From a virus, in IMG/VR virus record IMGVR_UViG_3300043449_002450, positions 96,001-160,000 of that record: a stretch of DNA of 64,000 nucleotides. One strand, 5' to 3'. Position numbers and translations under genes: made by a program. Each line of letters begins with the position of its first letter. Within the stretch, counting starts at the first letter, position 1. The notes below the pieces were generated by a model. It was not told where the DNA came from, searched no databases, and saw nothing but the letters and a program-made list of their open reading frames with translations. Positions 10,201 through 19,199 of this stretch are shown here, piece after piece.

Positions 10201-10753
10201 CCTCTATATTGATACAGCATCTATCGTAGATGTTTCTGGTTATCCTGGCCTCCTTTTGGCACTTGGTCTTATAAGTTTGGGAACGTTAACAAACGCCGGA
10301 GGCGCTGCAATACAAGCAGGCATACAAAACAACTCAGATATCGGGCCAATTGATCTTCCCCTGTCAGATGTCGTGGGAAGCCTAGGACGCACATTCACAT
10401 CACCCATCTACAACCCGATCACACGCGCCATGGAAGAGCGCATGGGTGAGGGCCTCGCAGGCGTCTTTACGAATCTATCATTTACCTGGATGGAGGCACC
10501 TTGGGAGACAGATTGGAACGCGCGTGCCCCCATGGCGTGCAAGGTGACGTTCGGGTTTGACCCAATTCACGATATCTCGCCGGGTCTCGATGCAAGCGGA
10601 TTCAATCGTGCGCCAATTTACAATGTTGGTCAGATCATGAACGATTCATTCGGCCAGCCAAGGAGAGATGGAGGCGCCGCTTCAAGATACTTCTACAAGC
10701 GTGGTGGTGCTGTCGCAGAGGATGCTAAAGGTCCCATGAGCAAGACGGAATAG
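7211..10753 (+). CDS. Large baseplate/tube-initiator protein (gp48/gp54-like tube fold in the C-terminal third)
   Basis: PFYFRDLR...AF...ISDGF...GRSDGVRNYSSTKRAI, PIIRMRVGDLI, LSFTW..PWE...PMACKVTFGFDPIHD; GAGG before ATG 7211. Confidence 0.6.
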   Translation: MSTRQTLRDFLSSVGSTKSSISIVVEGDPATGIVAEGNDLGVEPQTAKELLDFSTGDSLLGDYTSFVTRRNMYPIMPGTRAAPEARRGSALEPPEEVSAARVFAASNTDEIDRSSSGMFDAAGVPLRTIVDKVGNGSARDGNYLLPEVVSAPANSDAAAGQSNAVVGAFAMLKKYNNMGPTSDTQTYTDGYSSVERFGRQSQIRIQTGEGVYEPQTVELSADIGQSDLVEIARSMMIRAAGWDRTISPGDAGNPEGVFNAASLERLDSFPGISGRQSGPDPYRARDAYGMPASATGDSILEGQGDILPRTTEDAKYTSSNGSSDTPYSPYLDDPSTAIGNRIQALQSGIAIMGLACLLDRSFIAIDRYVSELQIKSDSSDPEHNDNVLRGPYFMGTSLKSNVSSRVRAYTRVFTTTTGIYSYRACVAEALYGLFGINFVDLGRTEGFDINTTVIARAYKEEITKIANNTENGANFYQSPMGMSHGFWKSVSQSAIRTIKNLQNAAVEGNASDFVSAITGLSNSLAIKILNVFAQIGYQRLVIQSIPTSEIAEGGQVKNPWGIDDYPNAPGTRQMKSRDGVLSKTSLAWRNSALPSMFLLPVEAMSATLDLDFLTDKEAGSNPIKGMLGSTLFDKVYVNATRNSSMIPAAVAKRLEDRLGAEYLPFYFRDLRTNEIIAFHGFLEQISDGFTPSNTTTTGFGRSDGVRNYSSTKRAIGGTFWIVATSKEDFDEMWFKINKLTTMVYPQYTKGRLVRAKNNTLGAGLISPADVDFEQPFSQLAGGTPIIRMRVGDLIKSNYSRYNFSRLFGVGNDTFKGVDEKGLGAAVISAVAGGLGGLRSSSLGGFNFDARLVPFLVYAASPMEAGRLTGLIGNATGQAAADFAAEAAGDAIAYLLKNGFVNPLIYGDRKKMFAGEREETDGLISALYGAGTVLLKSRGTPYIVNKDNSTVNMRLHRPVLVKVGSKVKNSSGPSFNVTIVDESAGNLNGAKLIVSDADLYIDTASIVDVSGYPGLLLALGLISLGTLTNAGGAAIQAGIQNNSDIGPIDLPLSDVVGSLGRTFTSPIYNPITRAMEERMGEGLAGVFTNLSFTWMEAPWETDWNARAPMACKVTFGFDPIHDISPGLDASGFNRAPIYNVGQIMNDSFGQPRRDGGAASRYFYKRGGAVAEDAKGPMSKTE

Positions 10754-10768
10754 GAGTGGTAGAAAGAT

Positions 10769-11062
10769 ATGGCAACTAGCAGATATGCTTTCACAGAGAG
10801 GATAGACGGCACACGTGTTGGAACATCCACACTAAGCTCACGCATCTATCTCGCTGCGCAAAATGGCCAGATCGGCTATAACGACTCACGTCTTGTTAGA
10901 CAACAACGCCTTGATCACGTGGCGCATGTCACTTACGGTGATAGCACACTATGGTGGGTGATAGCTGCTGCTTCTGGGATCGGATGGGGCTTACAATGCC
11001 CACCCGGAACAGTCATCAGGATTCCAACTGATCTTAATCAAATATACGCATTAATGAGGTGA
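10769..11062 (+). CDS. LysM-like baseplate protein (gp53/tail X-like)
   Basis: RLDHVAHVTYGDSTLWWVIAAAS...PGTVIRIP. Confidence 0.8.
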   Translation: MATSRYAFTERIDGTRVGTSTLSSRIYLAAQNGQIGYNDSRLVRQQRLDHVAHVTYGDSTLWWVIAAASGIGWGLQCPPGTVIRIPTDLNQIYALMR

Positions 11063-11065
11063 TAG

Positions 11066-13993
11066 ATGCCTGGCGACGGCTTTAGCCCATCAGAATCGAT
11101 AGGCAATTACACGGAGATACGTGAGGCTGCTAATCTTCTGTCAAGATATGTCTCCTTCACAACAAAAGACAAGCTAGATCTTATTACCAGCATCGCGTCG
11201 ACCAGAGATGTGAATCAAGATCCAACGCAGGACAAAAGCCTGTTTGAGCTTGCTGGCAAGATGGAGCTAATAGTTGGATCAACAGAAGGAACACCTCTAT
11301 ATGAGGCTGCAGACAAGCTGTTGAAGGGACAGCAAAAGCCTCTTAGGTATGATAAATTTACACCAGGTGCTGGATCTATCTTGAATAGCAAAGCAGGCGC
11401 TGCTGGCGGGTTTATCTCCGTATCAAACACTAGCAAGACACCTGTTCCACGTGTCGTGAGCGTTTTCAATCACGCCGCATCAGAGAGAATCAATATCTCA
11501 TCTAGTCTTTCTGACATATCAGCTATGTTTTGTGCGCTTGTGCCGCCTGTCGAGATGTCGCTGTGTGTTCCCTACTTTAATGTCAAGATCATCTACCCAA
11601 GAGAATCTGATGGGCAAGGAAGTCTAAGCTTGATTCGTTACGTGGGCGTGAAGCCTGAGATTAAGCAAGGTAAAACGGGAGAAAAGAAGATCATAAACGA
11701 GACTCTTGGGCGCGGTTATGAGGATCCTCTCATAAATAAGATTGGCTATGACGTCGCAGGGATGGAAATTTTCACTGTGCCGCAGACTCTAGGCCCCAAG
11801 AGCTCAACAATAAACTCTGATGATGAGATTGCTGCTCGAGGTGTCACCATTCTAGACACAAACTCTCCGCTAATGACGCTTGAGTCTGCAAGCATACAGC
11901 AGACAGGAATTGGCGGCAGCTTATACGCCCAGACAAAAGTTGAGCTAAAACTGACTCTTCATGATCGATCCCGATTGGGCGAGATCGAGACGCTTGTAAG
12001 CGCCCAAGCTTTCCCAACGGTCAGTTTTAGAATCACCTACGGCTGGCAGCACCCACACGGCAATAAGATGTCTGGGAATGTCTACGCCAAGCTAATAAAT
12101 GCCATGAAGGTCACACAGGACTTTGTTGTGTCATCAGTTAGCCTTTCGTCTCGTGACTCGGCATCAATGTCAATATCGCTCAGCCTAGTGTCTGCTGGAA
12201 ACTATGTGGCTAAAAGTGCGAAGATATTGACATCTCTTGGCGAGTTGGTTCCCTACAGCGTCCTACAACCGCTTATCAAGCAAGTTGTCAACTTTAGAAC
12301 GGATAAAAATGGTAAGGAGCCATTTAAGGCTGTTGGAACGTCAATTGTGACAAACACAAGCCCAGCAGCTTCCTCTAATAAGTTTATTAGGGTCGATAAA
12401 TTTTATGAATTTAAGAAGATGCTAGATGAGCAGACTCAGCTTGTGGGAGAGAAGGACAGCTACAAGATTGAGAAAATTGTTAAAGCCCTAACAGACATAG
12501 AAACAAACGGCGTTGTGACAGCAGATTCAAGCGCTTACGGAGAGCTATTCGTCTTTCCAAGCACTGACTACGGCTTATACATGCCTAAAAATATTAGACC
12601 AGCACCGACATACGCAGCCAGAATGAATAAGCTTGCTCCCTCCTCATTGACAGAAACATCTAAGAGCTCGAGCGTTCCAGGTGCCATACCGATGTCTGCT
12701 GCAATCTCTAAATACGTTGCGCTACCCCTTCTACTTTCACAACCTGATATTGATGAGGTTAGAGTCCACTTCTACAGCTTTAATGAGACAGCAGGCTACC
12801 AGGCTGCTTCGTGCATAGGCGATTTTCCAATAATTCTGCGAGACTTGATAGCCACCAGAGATCCTAAAAGCAACAAATTGACTGACTACATTGACGGCAG
12901 AACGTCAGTTGAGAAAGTGATGTCCATGATTGTCGCCCAGGCAAGCACCCCCACATCACCCTTCTATGGCCTAACAACACACTTAGATAAACAAGCAGAG
13001 GCAGCGAAACAGACAGATACCGCAGTTCAGAGTGCTGCAAGTGATGAGCAAAGAAAAGAGAAGCAAGCAGAAGCAAAAATCCTTCAAGATAAGCTTAAGT
13101 CTGATACTGATAAAAGGAATAGAGAGATCCTGCGTGAGCTAGGCATAAAGACCTTGTCTGATACGGCTTTCGTTCCACCACGCGTCAAGACACACATGGA
13201 AGTTGTCCCAGCTTATCTAAACGACGATGAAAAGTCAACTGTGCCCAGGCGCCTTCTGCGGATACACGTCTACGACGAGAGGGCAGCTGGCATTGGCAAC
13301 AAGGCTAACTTTTTGGTCTCGCTCATGAATAATGCGACAGGTGTGGGCGCAGTCAATAGTGACATGGAAGTCTCACCAGCGATGAGCGAGCTCCTTGATA
13401 ATCTCACCGAACGAAGCGATGGTCAAATAAAATACTACGCGCTCAAGGACAAGGTCACAGCTAGGAAGTTCATATCTGACTCATATCCGACATTTGTCAT
13501 CGGTGCTGATACAGGCATGATCACTAGCACGACATTTAACTCACAGCCCGCCGGCGATGTTGCATCGTCATATTTGCTGTCTGCACTTGAGGGAGGATCA
13601 ACAGGAAACTCATCCGGTGCGTCAGTCACAAATGACCTCATAGATGATGTCAACATAATTCCCACGACTGTCACCATGAATATGATAGGAAACATATGCA
13701 TGGCAAGGGGTCAGACGTATTTCATAGATTTTAATACCGGCACGACTCTTGATAACACATACACGGTGACTTCTGTGAGCCATAGCATTAAACCCGGCGG
13801 TTTCACGACATCTGTGACATTTGCACCCGTAGCCTCAGCATCCATGAAGTCGGCACTAAGACAGATTACAGAGATCAAGAAGCTTCTAATAAAGCCTCCA
13901 GCATCCACAGCACAGACTAAGACAGGCGAAGCATTTCTAGACAAACAGCGTCGAGGCCACAGCATAGGCAGAACAAGCACAACAGGTGTCTAG
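11066..13993 (+). CDS. Baseplate hub protein (gp27-like)
   Basis: ITYGWQHP, and C-terminal TMNMIGN...GQTYFIDF..TTLDNTYTVTSVSHSIKPGGFTTSV; position after the LysM gene. Confidence 0.65.
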   Translation: MPGDGFSPSESIGNYTEIREAANLLSRYVSFTTKDKLDLITSIASTRDVNQDPTQDKSLFELAGKMELIVGSTEGTPLYEAADKLLKGQQKPLRYDKFTPGAGSILNSKAGAAGGFISVSNTSKTPVPRVVSVFNHAASERINISSSLSDISAMFCALVPPVEMSLCVPYFNVKIIYPRESDGQGSLSLIRYVGVKPEIKQGKTGEKKIINETLGRGYEDPLINKIGYDVAGMEIFTVPQTLGPKSSTINSDDEIAARGVTILDTNSPLMTLESASIQQTGIGGSLYAQTKVELKLTLHDRSRLGEIETLVSAQAFPTVSFRITYGWQHPHGNKMSGNVYAKLINAMKVTQDFVVSSVSLSSRDSASMSISLSLVSAGNYVAKSAKILTSLGELVPYSVLQPLIKQVVNFRTDKNGKEPFKAVGTSIVTNTSPAASSNKFIRVDKFYEFKKMLDEQTQLVGEKDSYKIEKIVKALTDIETNGVVTADSSAYGELFVFPSTDYGLYMPKNIRPAPTYAARMNKLAPSSLTETSKSSSVPGAIPMSAAISKYVALPLLLSQPDIDEVRVHFYSFNETAGYQAASCIGDFPIILRDLIATRDPKSNKLTDYIDGRTSVEKVMSMIVAQASTPTSPFYGLTTHLDKQAEAAKQTDTAVQSAASDEQRKEKQAEAKILQDKLKSDTDKRNREILRELGIKTLSDTAFVPPRVKTHMEVVPAYLNDDEKSTVPRRLLRIHVYDERAAGIGNKANFLVSLMNNATGVGAVNSDMEVSPAMSELLDNLTERSDGQIKYYALKDKVTARKFISDSYPTFVIGADTGMITSTTFNSQPAGDVASSYLLSALEGGSTGNSSGASVTNDLIDDVNIIPTTVTMNMIGNICMARGQTYFIDFNTGTTLDNTYTVTSVSHSIKPGGFTTSVTFAPVASASMKSALRQITEIKKLLIKPPASTAQTKTGEAFLDKQRRGHSIGRTSTTGV

Positions 13994-13997
13994 AAAT

Positions 13998-14026
13998 TGT
14001 AATATCTTGCATGCGTGATCTATGAT
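13998..14026 (+). promoter_or_regulatory. Sigma70-like promoter TGTAAT-N17-TATGAT
   Basis: Matches the recurrent TGTAAA-N16/17-TAtnnT motif; ATG lies 6 nt downstream. Confidence 0.6.
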
Positions 14027-14032
14027 CAACAT

Positions 14033-15160
14033 ATGCGAATCTTCTTCGATAAGGCGATTACGGGCGTGTCTAAGAGCTTTGTCTGGGAAAACGGTGTCAT
14101 CTCTATTGATGAGATGTGTAGTAAAGATGCATGGCATTTTAAGCCTAATGCATCGAGGTATAAGAGCGTTCTAGCCACTGCAGATGCTGCTGGTTGTGAC
14201 ATCCGTGTGGTGCCTAAAAACCCACATGCACGCTTCTGGATGAAGCACACAAATGAACCGGCGTGGCACAGAATATTTTCTAGAGACGACATGACATCGC
14301 ATATCCGTGCTCAAGTGGATGCTGTCACAAAGTTCATGACAGACGAGCGTTACGCCTACTACACGACACAATACCAGATCCAGCAAAAGCTGCTGGATAG
14401 CCTTGGTCGTATACGCGCGATTAAGGATGACGATCCTAACGATGTGCATCCGGATCGTGAAGGATTCGCAGCGCTACCCGTCTATGACAACCAAAGCTCA
14501 TCGACTGGCAGGATGTCAATCAAGGCTGGTCCTAAAATTTTGACAATGCCACGTGACACCAGAAAAAACTTTGTCTCACGCTGGCTTGGTGACGGAGAGT
14601 TGATCGAGATCGATTTTAACGCGCTCGAGCTGCGCGTCCTGTCGTGGATGGTGGGTCTCAATATTGACTCAAAGGACGCCTACCAGTGGATCGCATCTGC
14701 TGTAGATCTCTCTGACACGCCTCGACATGTCATCAAGGAGGCGACCCTGGCCTCGATGTATGGTATGTCTAGGAAGAATTTTGCGTTACGCTACCAGGAC
14801 ATGCCTGACGCGATTGACGTCTATGAGAAGGTTAGAGATCTTTTGCAGATCACTGAATTAGACAGACGAATCGCAGCAGGCGCATTCAAAAATGCGTTTG
14901 GGCGTCCGCTATCTGACACGACCGCTAGAGTTAGTCACTACGTGCAATCTTCTGCTGTTGACGTGGCGTGTGAGGGTTTCTTAAACTTTGTTGAGAACAA
15001 TCAAGAATCTGTTCCTTGCTTTTTGATCCACGACGCGCTAGTGGTTGATGTTCATAAGGACAATGTCGATAAAGTGATGTCTTTCTGTAAAAACGGTCTT
15101 AGAGTTGATTCAATAGATCTAGACATGCCAGTTAGATGTAGGAGATTTGGAAGTGAGTGA
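14033..15160 (+). CDS. Minimal family A DNA polymerase (polymerase domain only)
   Basis: TGRMS, motif A DFNALELR, motif B R...K...MYG, VQSSAVD, motif C IHDAL. Confidence 0.8.
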   Translation: MRIFFDKAITGVSKSFVWENGVISIDEMCSKDAWHFKPNASRYKSVLATADAAGCDIRVVPKNPHARFWMKHTNEPAWHRIFSRDDMTSHIRAQVDAVTKFMTDERYAYYTTQYQIQQKLLDSLGRIRAIKDDDPNDVHPDREGFAALPVYDNQSSSTGRMSIKAGPKILTMPRDTRKNFVSRWLGDGELIEIDFNALELRVLSWMVGLNIDSKDAYQWIASAVDLSDTPRHVIKEATLASMYGMSRKNFALRYQDMPDAIDVYEKVRDLLQITELDRRIAAGAFKNAFGRPLSDTTARVSHYVQSSAVDVACEGFLNFVENNQESVPCFLIHDALVVDVHKDNVDKVMSFCKNGLRVDSIDLDMPVRCRRFGSE

Positions 15161-15758
15161 ATCTGAGATTTTGGCAAACTTTGAAAAATTCTGTAAGATC
15201 CTATCAAAGGTGGAGGATGAGGGACGTGCAGCAGCAATTAAGAAGTTTCTTGACGAGAACGGCGATAGAATTGCAACAGCACCAGGTCACGATCGACATG
15301 ATCGTCACAGTGCTGCTCCCGGAGGCATGGTCAAACGTGCGCTCGATACTCTAAAAAACGCTAGAGATCTCATCAACGTGCGAGCCTTCTCGGAAGTTAA
15401 TGTGCCGCTCGATAGCGTGATAGTCGTGTGCCTCTTGCACGACGTTGGCCGAATTGGTGACGAGAATGGTGACTATTACCTGCCTCAAAAATCGTCTTGG
15501 CATCTTGAGAAGGGAAACTATTACACTTATAATCCTGCCATTCGGCGGATGACACACCCCCACCGAGGTCTCTACATGCTGCAAAGAAGCGGCATACAGC
15601 TGACACAGGATGAGTGGACAGCGATTGCCACACAGACGGGTGGCAGTCATGAGGAGAATAGATTCTATAACGGTTTTGAGACACCTCTTGCCGTTCTGCT
15701 GCAAATGGCGATTAAGCTATCCAGCATGCAAGATTTCTGTGGACCAGAGAATAGTTAG
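15153..15758 (+). CDS. HD-domain protein (YhaM-like, degenerate)
   Basis: APG...H..PGGM, LLHDVGRIG; AGGAG before GTG 15153. Confidence 0.7.
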   Translation: MSESEILANFEKFCKILSKVEDEGRAAAIKKFLDENGDRIATAPGHDRHDRHSAAPGGMVKRALDTLKNARDLINVRAFSEVNVPLDSVIVVCLLHDVGRIGDENGDYYLPQKSSWHLEKGNYYTYNPAIRRMTHPHRGLYMLQRSGIQLTQDEWTAIATQTGGSHEENRFYNGFETPLAVLLQMAIKLSSMQDFCGPENS

Positions 15759-15762
15759 ATGC

Positions 15763-17049
15763 ATGAGCAGAAAAGTAGACGGGACAGAGCGATCAGGAAG
15801 AGGAACAGCGCCATCCGCAGCAGGCGGATTTGGAGGCGCTGATACGTCGCTTGTTCGGCTTGGGAGGCCGTTTGTTCCCAAGCCATTTAGGTCAACAGGT
15901 GGGATGAGCACTTCTGCTGACTCAACATTCTCTGTCCGTCTAGGCCAGCACAACACCGATCAAGAGCTACCAGATGACCAGGTCAATATCAACGGTATTG
16001 TAGATAGGAAAGTCTCTGATAGAAGATATTTACCTAGGAAGCTTAATAACATGAAACGCTACCTTCACAAAACATCTCTAGCCGAGGCACTGTCACTTGA
16101 TGACGATGATGTCTCAAGAAAGTTCGCTGAATATGAGATCATGCTGAATGAGATGGAATCTCTTGACTTTGGTGATGTGAAGGATTTCTTGTCAATGGGC
16201 ACTCAAAAATCAGACGCAGCAGGTCAAAAGCCCATTGAGCCTTCTAGAAAGGATGTAACAGATGCTAAACACACACTGCTTGACACAGCAGCACAGTTTT
16301 TAGCTGCTCGAATTCCGTTCGGTGACGTTTACTATGGCTTCAGGGCTTTCAAGACATTTAAAGAAATCGAAGAACAGTCAAAAAAGCTCAATGAACTTTT
16401 GAGCAAGTCGGGTGTGTCAGTTGATCTCATGGCACCACCAGAGGCAAATGTTGACACAATTAAGAAGCTGTTCATAACATCAGCAGCGGATCGTGCGATG
16501 CTTAAGAAGAGCACGGTAACCATCGCGCTAAAGTGCTATGACTTCTTCACTGATCTCATCTCTTCTGTTCCACTCGAAGTTTTTCCTCCTCTTGCGATGC
16601 TTGACACCGCCATCGATGTGGGTATAAGCACCGTCGCGACCATAACACCCGATGAAACTTTAGCGATAAAGCTTTTAGACTTTGCGCTGAAGTATAATGA
16701 GACGTTGCGTGAGCTAGAAGGAAAGATTAGCGCCTATTTGCCGGGTGAAGACTTTGCACACCTTAATAAGGTTACTAACTTTATAGGCAACCTAGCGCTC
16801 ATCCACGGTTCTGTCTCAAGCGCAGAGAAAGAAATAGAAGTATCTGAAGATCCTGACATTCTCGCCGAGCGTCGCCGTCGGAAGAAGAAGCGCAGCAACG
16901 AGATGTCGATGACTGCGAATATTGCAGGCTATGTGGGTCCGATGGCGTCGCCCAAGGATCCAAAACAATTCTATGGCAAGATGGCTAAGGCAGCGGGAGG
17001 TGAATATCTCACCTCAGATCCTGCGAAAACTCTTAGATCGAAGCCATGA
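15763..17049 (+). CDS. Hypothetical late/virion-associated protein
   Basis: ATAGTTA 5 nt before ATG 15763; several LxE sites; C-terminal EMSMTANIAGYVGP. Confidence 0.6.
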   Translation: MSRKVDGTERSGRGTAPSAAGGFGGADTSLVRLGRPFVPKPFRSTGGMSTSADSTFSVRLGQHNTDQELPDDQVNINGIVDRKVSDRRYLPRKLNNMKRYLHKTSLAEALSLDDDDVSRKFAEYEIMLNEMESLDFGDVKDFLSMGTQKSDAAGQKPIEPSRKDVTDAKHTLLDTAAQFLAARIPFGDVYYGFRAFKTFKEIEEQSKKLNELLSKSGVSVDLMAPPEANVDTIKKLFITSAADRAMLKKSTVTIALKCYDFFTDLISSVPLEVFPPLAMLDTAIDVGISTVATITPDETLAIKLLDFALKYNETLRELEGKISAYLPGEDFAHLNKVTNFIGNLALIHGSVSSAEKEIEVSEDPDILAERRRRKKKRSNEMSMTANIAGYVGPMASPKDPKQFYGKMAKAAGGEYLTSDPAKTLRSKP

Positions 17050-17074
17050 AAACTCTCTCGCCACAGTCTATGAT
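17047..17074 (+). promoter_or_regulatory. Promoter TGAAAA-N16-TATGAT for ssb
   Basis: Recurrent motif; the -10 sits within hairpin CCACAGTC/GATTGTGG. Confidence 0.55.
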
Positions 17075-17165
17075 TGTGGTGTGAGGCTTACAAGACAAGC
17101 CCCTAGAATCCTCTAGAGACTAAAAACTGTAAGTTGCACATTAAACATTAAAAGGTAAAAACAAC

Positions 17166-17984
17166 ATGGCAATTAATTTTGACGCGCTCCGCAAGCGCCT
17201 TGACAATCTGTCTGGAAACAACAAGAAGAGCAACTCCTCCTGGAAGCCCAAGGAGGGTGAGGAGTATACCGTTCGCCTCCTTTCGTTCCCAAATAACGAG
17301 GGCCAGCCGTTCAAGGAGCTCTGGTTCTACTACAACATCGGCAACAACCCAGGTCTCCTCGCGCCCTATCAGTTTGGTCAGGCAGATCCGATCCAGGAGC
17401 TTATCAGCAAGCTCAAGGATGAGGGCACCAAGGAGTCCTACGAGCTCGCCAAGAAGCTCTACCCGAAGATGCGTTGCTACGCTCCGGTCATCGTCCGCGG
17501 CGAGGAGGACAAGGGAGTCCAGATCTGGGCATTCGGCAAGCAGGTCTACCAGACACTTCTCGGCATCATGCTTGATGAGGACTACGGTGACATCACCGAT
17601 CCTGAGGACGGTCGTGACGTGAAGGTCCGTTGCTTCAAGCCACCTGGCAAGAAGTATTCTGAGACCGAGGTCATGCCTCGTGGCAAGGCATCTGCGCTTA
17701 GCACTAATGTGACGCAGAACAAGCAGTGGCTCTCTAGCATTCCAGACGTCTCCAAGATGTTTGAGTCGAAGTCCTATGATGAGCTTTCTAAGATCATCAA
17801 CGACTGGATTGATGGTGGCATGCCCGATGGTAACAGCGAGGGCACCTCCCGAGGACCGTCTGAGAAGGTTGCAACTGTGTCTGAGGAAGAGGACGAGGTT
17901 CCCGTTCAGAAGAAGACAACTTCCTCTGGCAATAAAAACTACAAGTCTCTCGACGACGCTTTTAGCGATCTAATCGAAGACTAA
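17166..17984 (+). CDS. Single-stranded DNA-binding protein (T4 gp32-like)
   Basis: WKP, VRLL.F, QIWAFGK, DITDPEDGRD, acidic tail ending DDAFSDLIED. Confidence 0.85.
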   Translation: MAINFDALRKRLDNLSGNNKKSNSSWKPKEGEEYTVRLLSFPNNEGQPFKELWFYYNIGNNPGLLAPYQFGQADPIQELISKLKDEGTKESYELAKKLYPKMRCYAPVIVRGEEDKGVQIWAFGKQVYQTLLGIMLDEDYGDITDPEDGRDVKVRCFKPPGKKYSETEVMPRGKASALSTNVTQNKQWLSSIPDVSKMFESKSYDELSKIINDWIDGGMPDGNSEGTSRGPSEKVATVSEEEDEVPVQKKTTSSGNKNYKSLDDAFSDLIED

Positions 17985-17991
17985 GGTTAAT

Positions 17992-18031
17992 CGGGCGCAG
18001 GATGTAAATGCAGATCCTGCGCCCGTATTGT
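17992..18031 (+). terminator. 12-bp hairpin (probable terminator) overlapping a recA promoter TGTAAA-N17-TATTGT
   Basis: CGGGCGCAGGAT/ATCCTGCGCCCG followed by TATTGTTT. Confidence 0.65.
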
Positions 18032-18047
18032 TTCTAAAGGAGAAAAT

Positions 18048-19199
18048 ATGGCAAGAGGCTCAAGAGAAAAGCGAGGCGATGAGACAGCAGGTGACTTTAC
18101 AGCTGAGCTAATATCGTCACTCAACAAAGAAAATGGATCTAGGATTGCTTATAACCTGGCAGAGGATGAATCGCCAACGCACGTCAAGAGCTGGGTATCT
18201 ACAGGGTCCACACTTCTTGACTACTGCGTTTCAAACCGCCGGAACGGCGGCCTGCCGGTAGGTCGTATCATTGAGATCTTCGGACCGCCGTCTATCGGCA
18301 AGTCTCACATTGCAACGCAGATCGCCCGGTCAACTCAGCAGATGGGTGGAATCGTTGTTTACATCGATACCGAGAATGCCACTTCTGTTGAGAACCTCCA
18401 GGCGCTAGGCGTCGACGTCAGCAAGAGATTTGTCTATGTTGACACACACTGCACAGAGGAGGTCTTCGACACAGCGGAGAAGACCATCGTCAAGGCGAAG
18501 GCGATGCAGAAGGACGTTCCAATCACGATTGTGTGGGACTCGGTGGCTGCAAGCTCTCCGAAGGCCGAGCTTTTAGGTGACTATGACAAGGATAGCATCG
18601 GTCTGCAAGCTCGCGCGATTTCAAAGGGAATGAGAAAGATCACAGGGGTCATCGGAGACATGTCGGTCCTCATGATCTGCCTCAATCAGATCCGCACAAA
18701 GATCGGCGTTCTTCATGGCGACCCGACAACCGTGCCAGGTGGAATGGCGATCCCATTCCATGCAACAACCCGTCTCAAGCTAGGTGCAGGTCAGCAGATC
18801 CAGAACAAGAACGGTGACATCATTGGAATTCACGTGTCCGCAAAGACTGTGAAGAACAAGGTTGCACCACCATTCAGGACAGCAAACTTTCAGATCCATT
18901 TCGGCAAGGGCATTGTCGAGCACGAGGAGGTCTTTGACGTTCTGCGTGACGCGGGTGAGCGCCAGGTTGGGAACAAGATGATCTGCGTCTCCGGCGATGG
19001 TGCATGGAAGGTGTTCACAGTGACCGATCTAGATCGTGGCGTCGTGATCATTGAGAAGAAGTTCCACAAGGCCGAGTTCGGTGAGATCATGAAGACGCCA
19101 GAATACAAGGCATACATCGATGACCTGATCGAGGCTGTCATGGTTAGGACCAAGGACGACCCGCAGACAACAGAGGATGTTGAGGGAGAAGCTGAGTGA
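18048..19199 (+). CDS. recA: RecA/UvsX recombinase
   Basis: GRIIEIFGPPSIGKS, YIDTE, WDSVAA, IGLQAR, NQIR, KNKVAPPF. Confidence 0.95.
   Translation: MARGSREKRGDETAGDFTAELISSLNKENGSRIAYNLAEDESPTHVKSWVSTGSTLLDYCVSNRRNGGLPVGRIIEIFGPPSIGKSHIATQIARSTQQMGGIVVYIDTENATSVENLQALGVDVSKRFVYVDTHCTEEVFDTAEKTIVKAKAMQKDVPITIVWDSVAASSPKAELLGDYDKDSIGLQARAISKGMRKITGVIGDMSVLMICLNQIRTKIGVLHGDPTTVPGGMAIPFHATTRLKLGAGQQIQNKNGDIIGIHVSAKTVKNKVAPPFRTANFQIHFGKGIVEHEEVFDVLRDAGERQVGNKMICVSGDGAWKVFTVTDLDRGVVIIEKKFHKAEFGEIMKTPEYKAYIDDLIEAVMVRTKDDPQTTEDVEGEAE

Noticed and set aside
1-13993. Extracellular contractile injection system or tailocin rather than a phage
   Set aside because: Directly linked to phage-type SSB, helicase, recombinase and late-promoter architecture.
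15610-15762. Extended start of the 479-aa ORF
   Set aside because: Overlaps the HD gene; ATG 15763 sits right behind the late motif.
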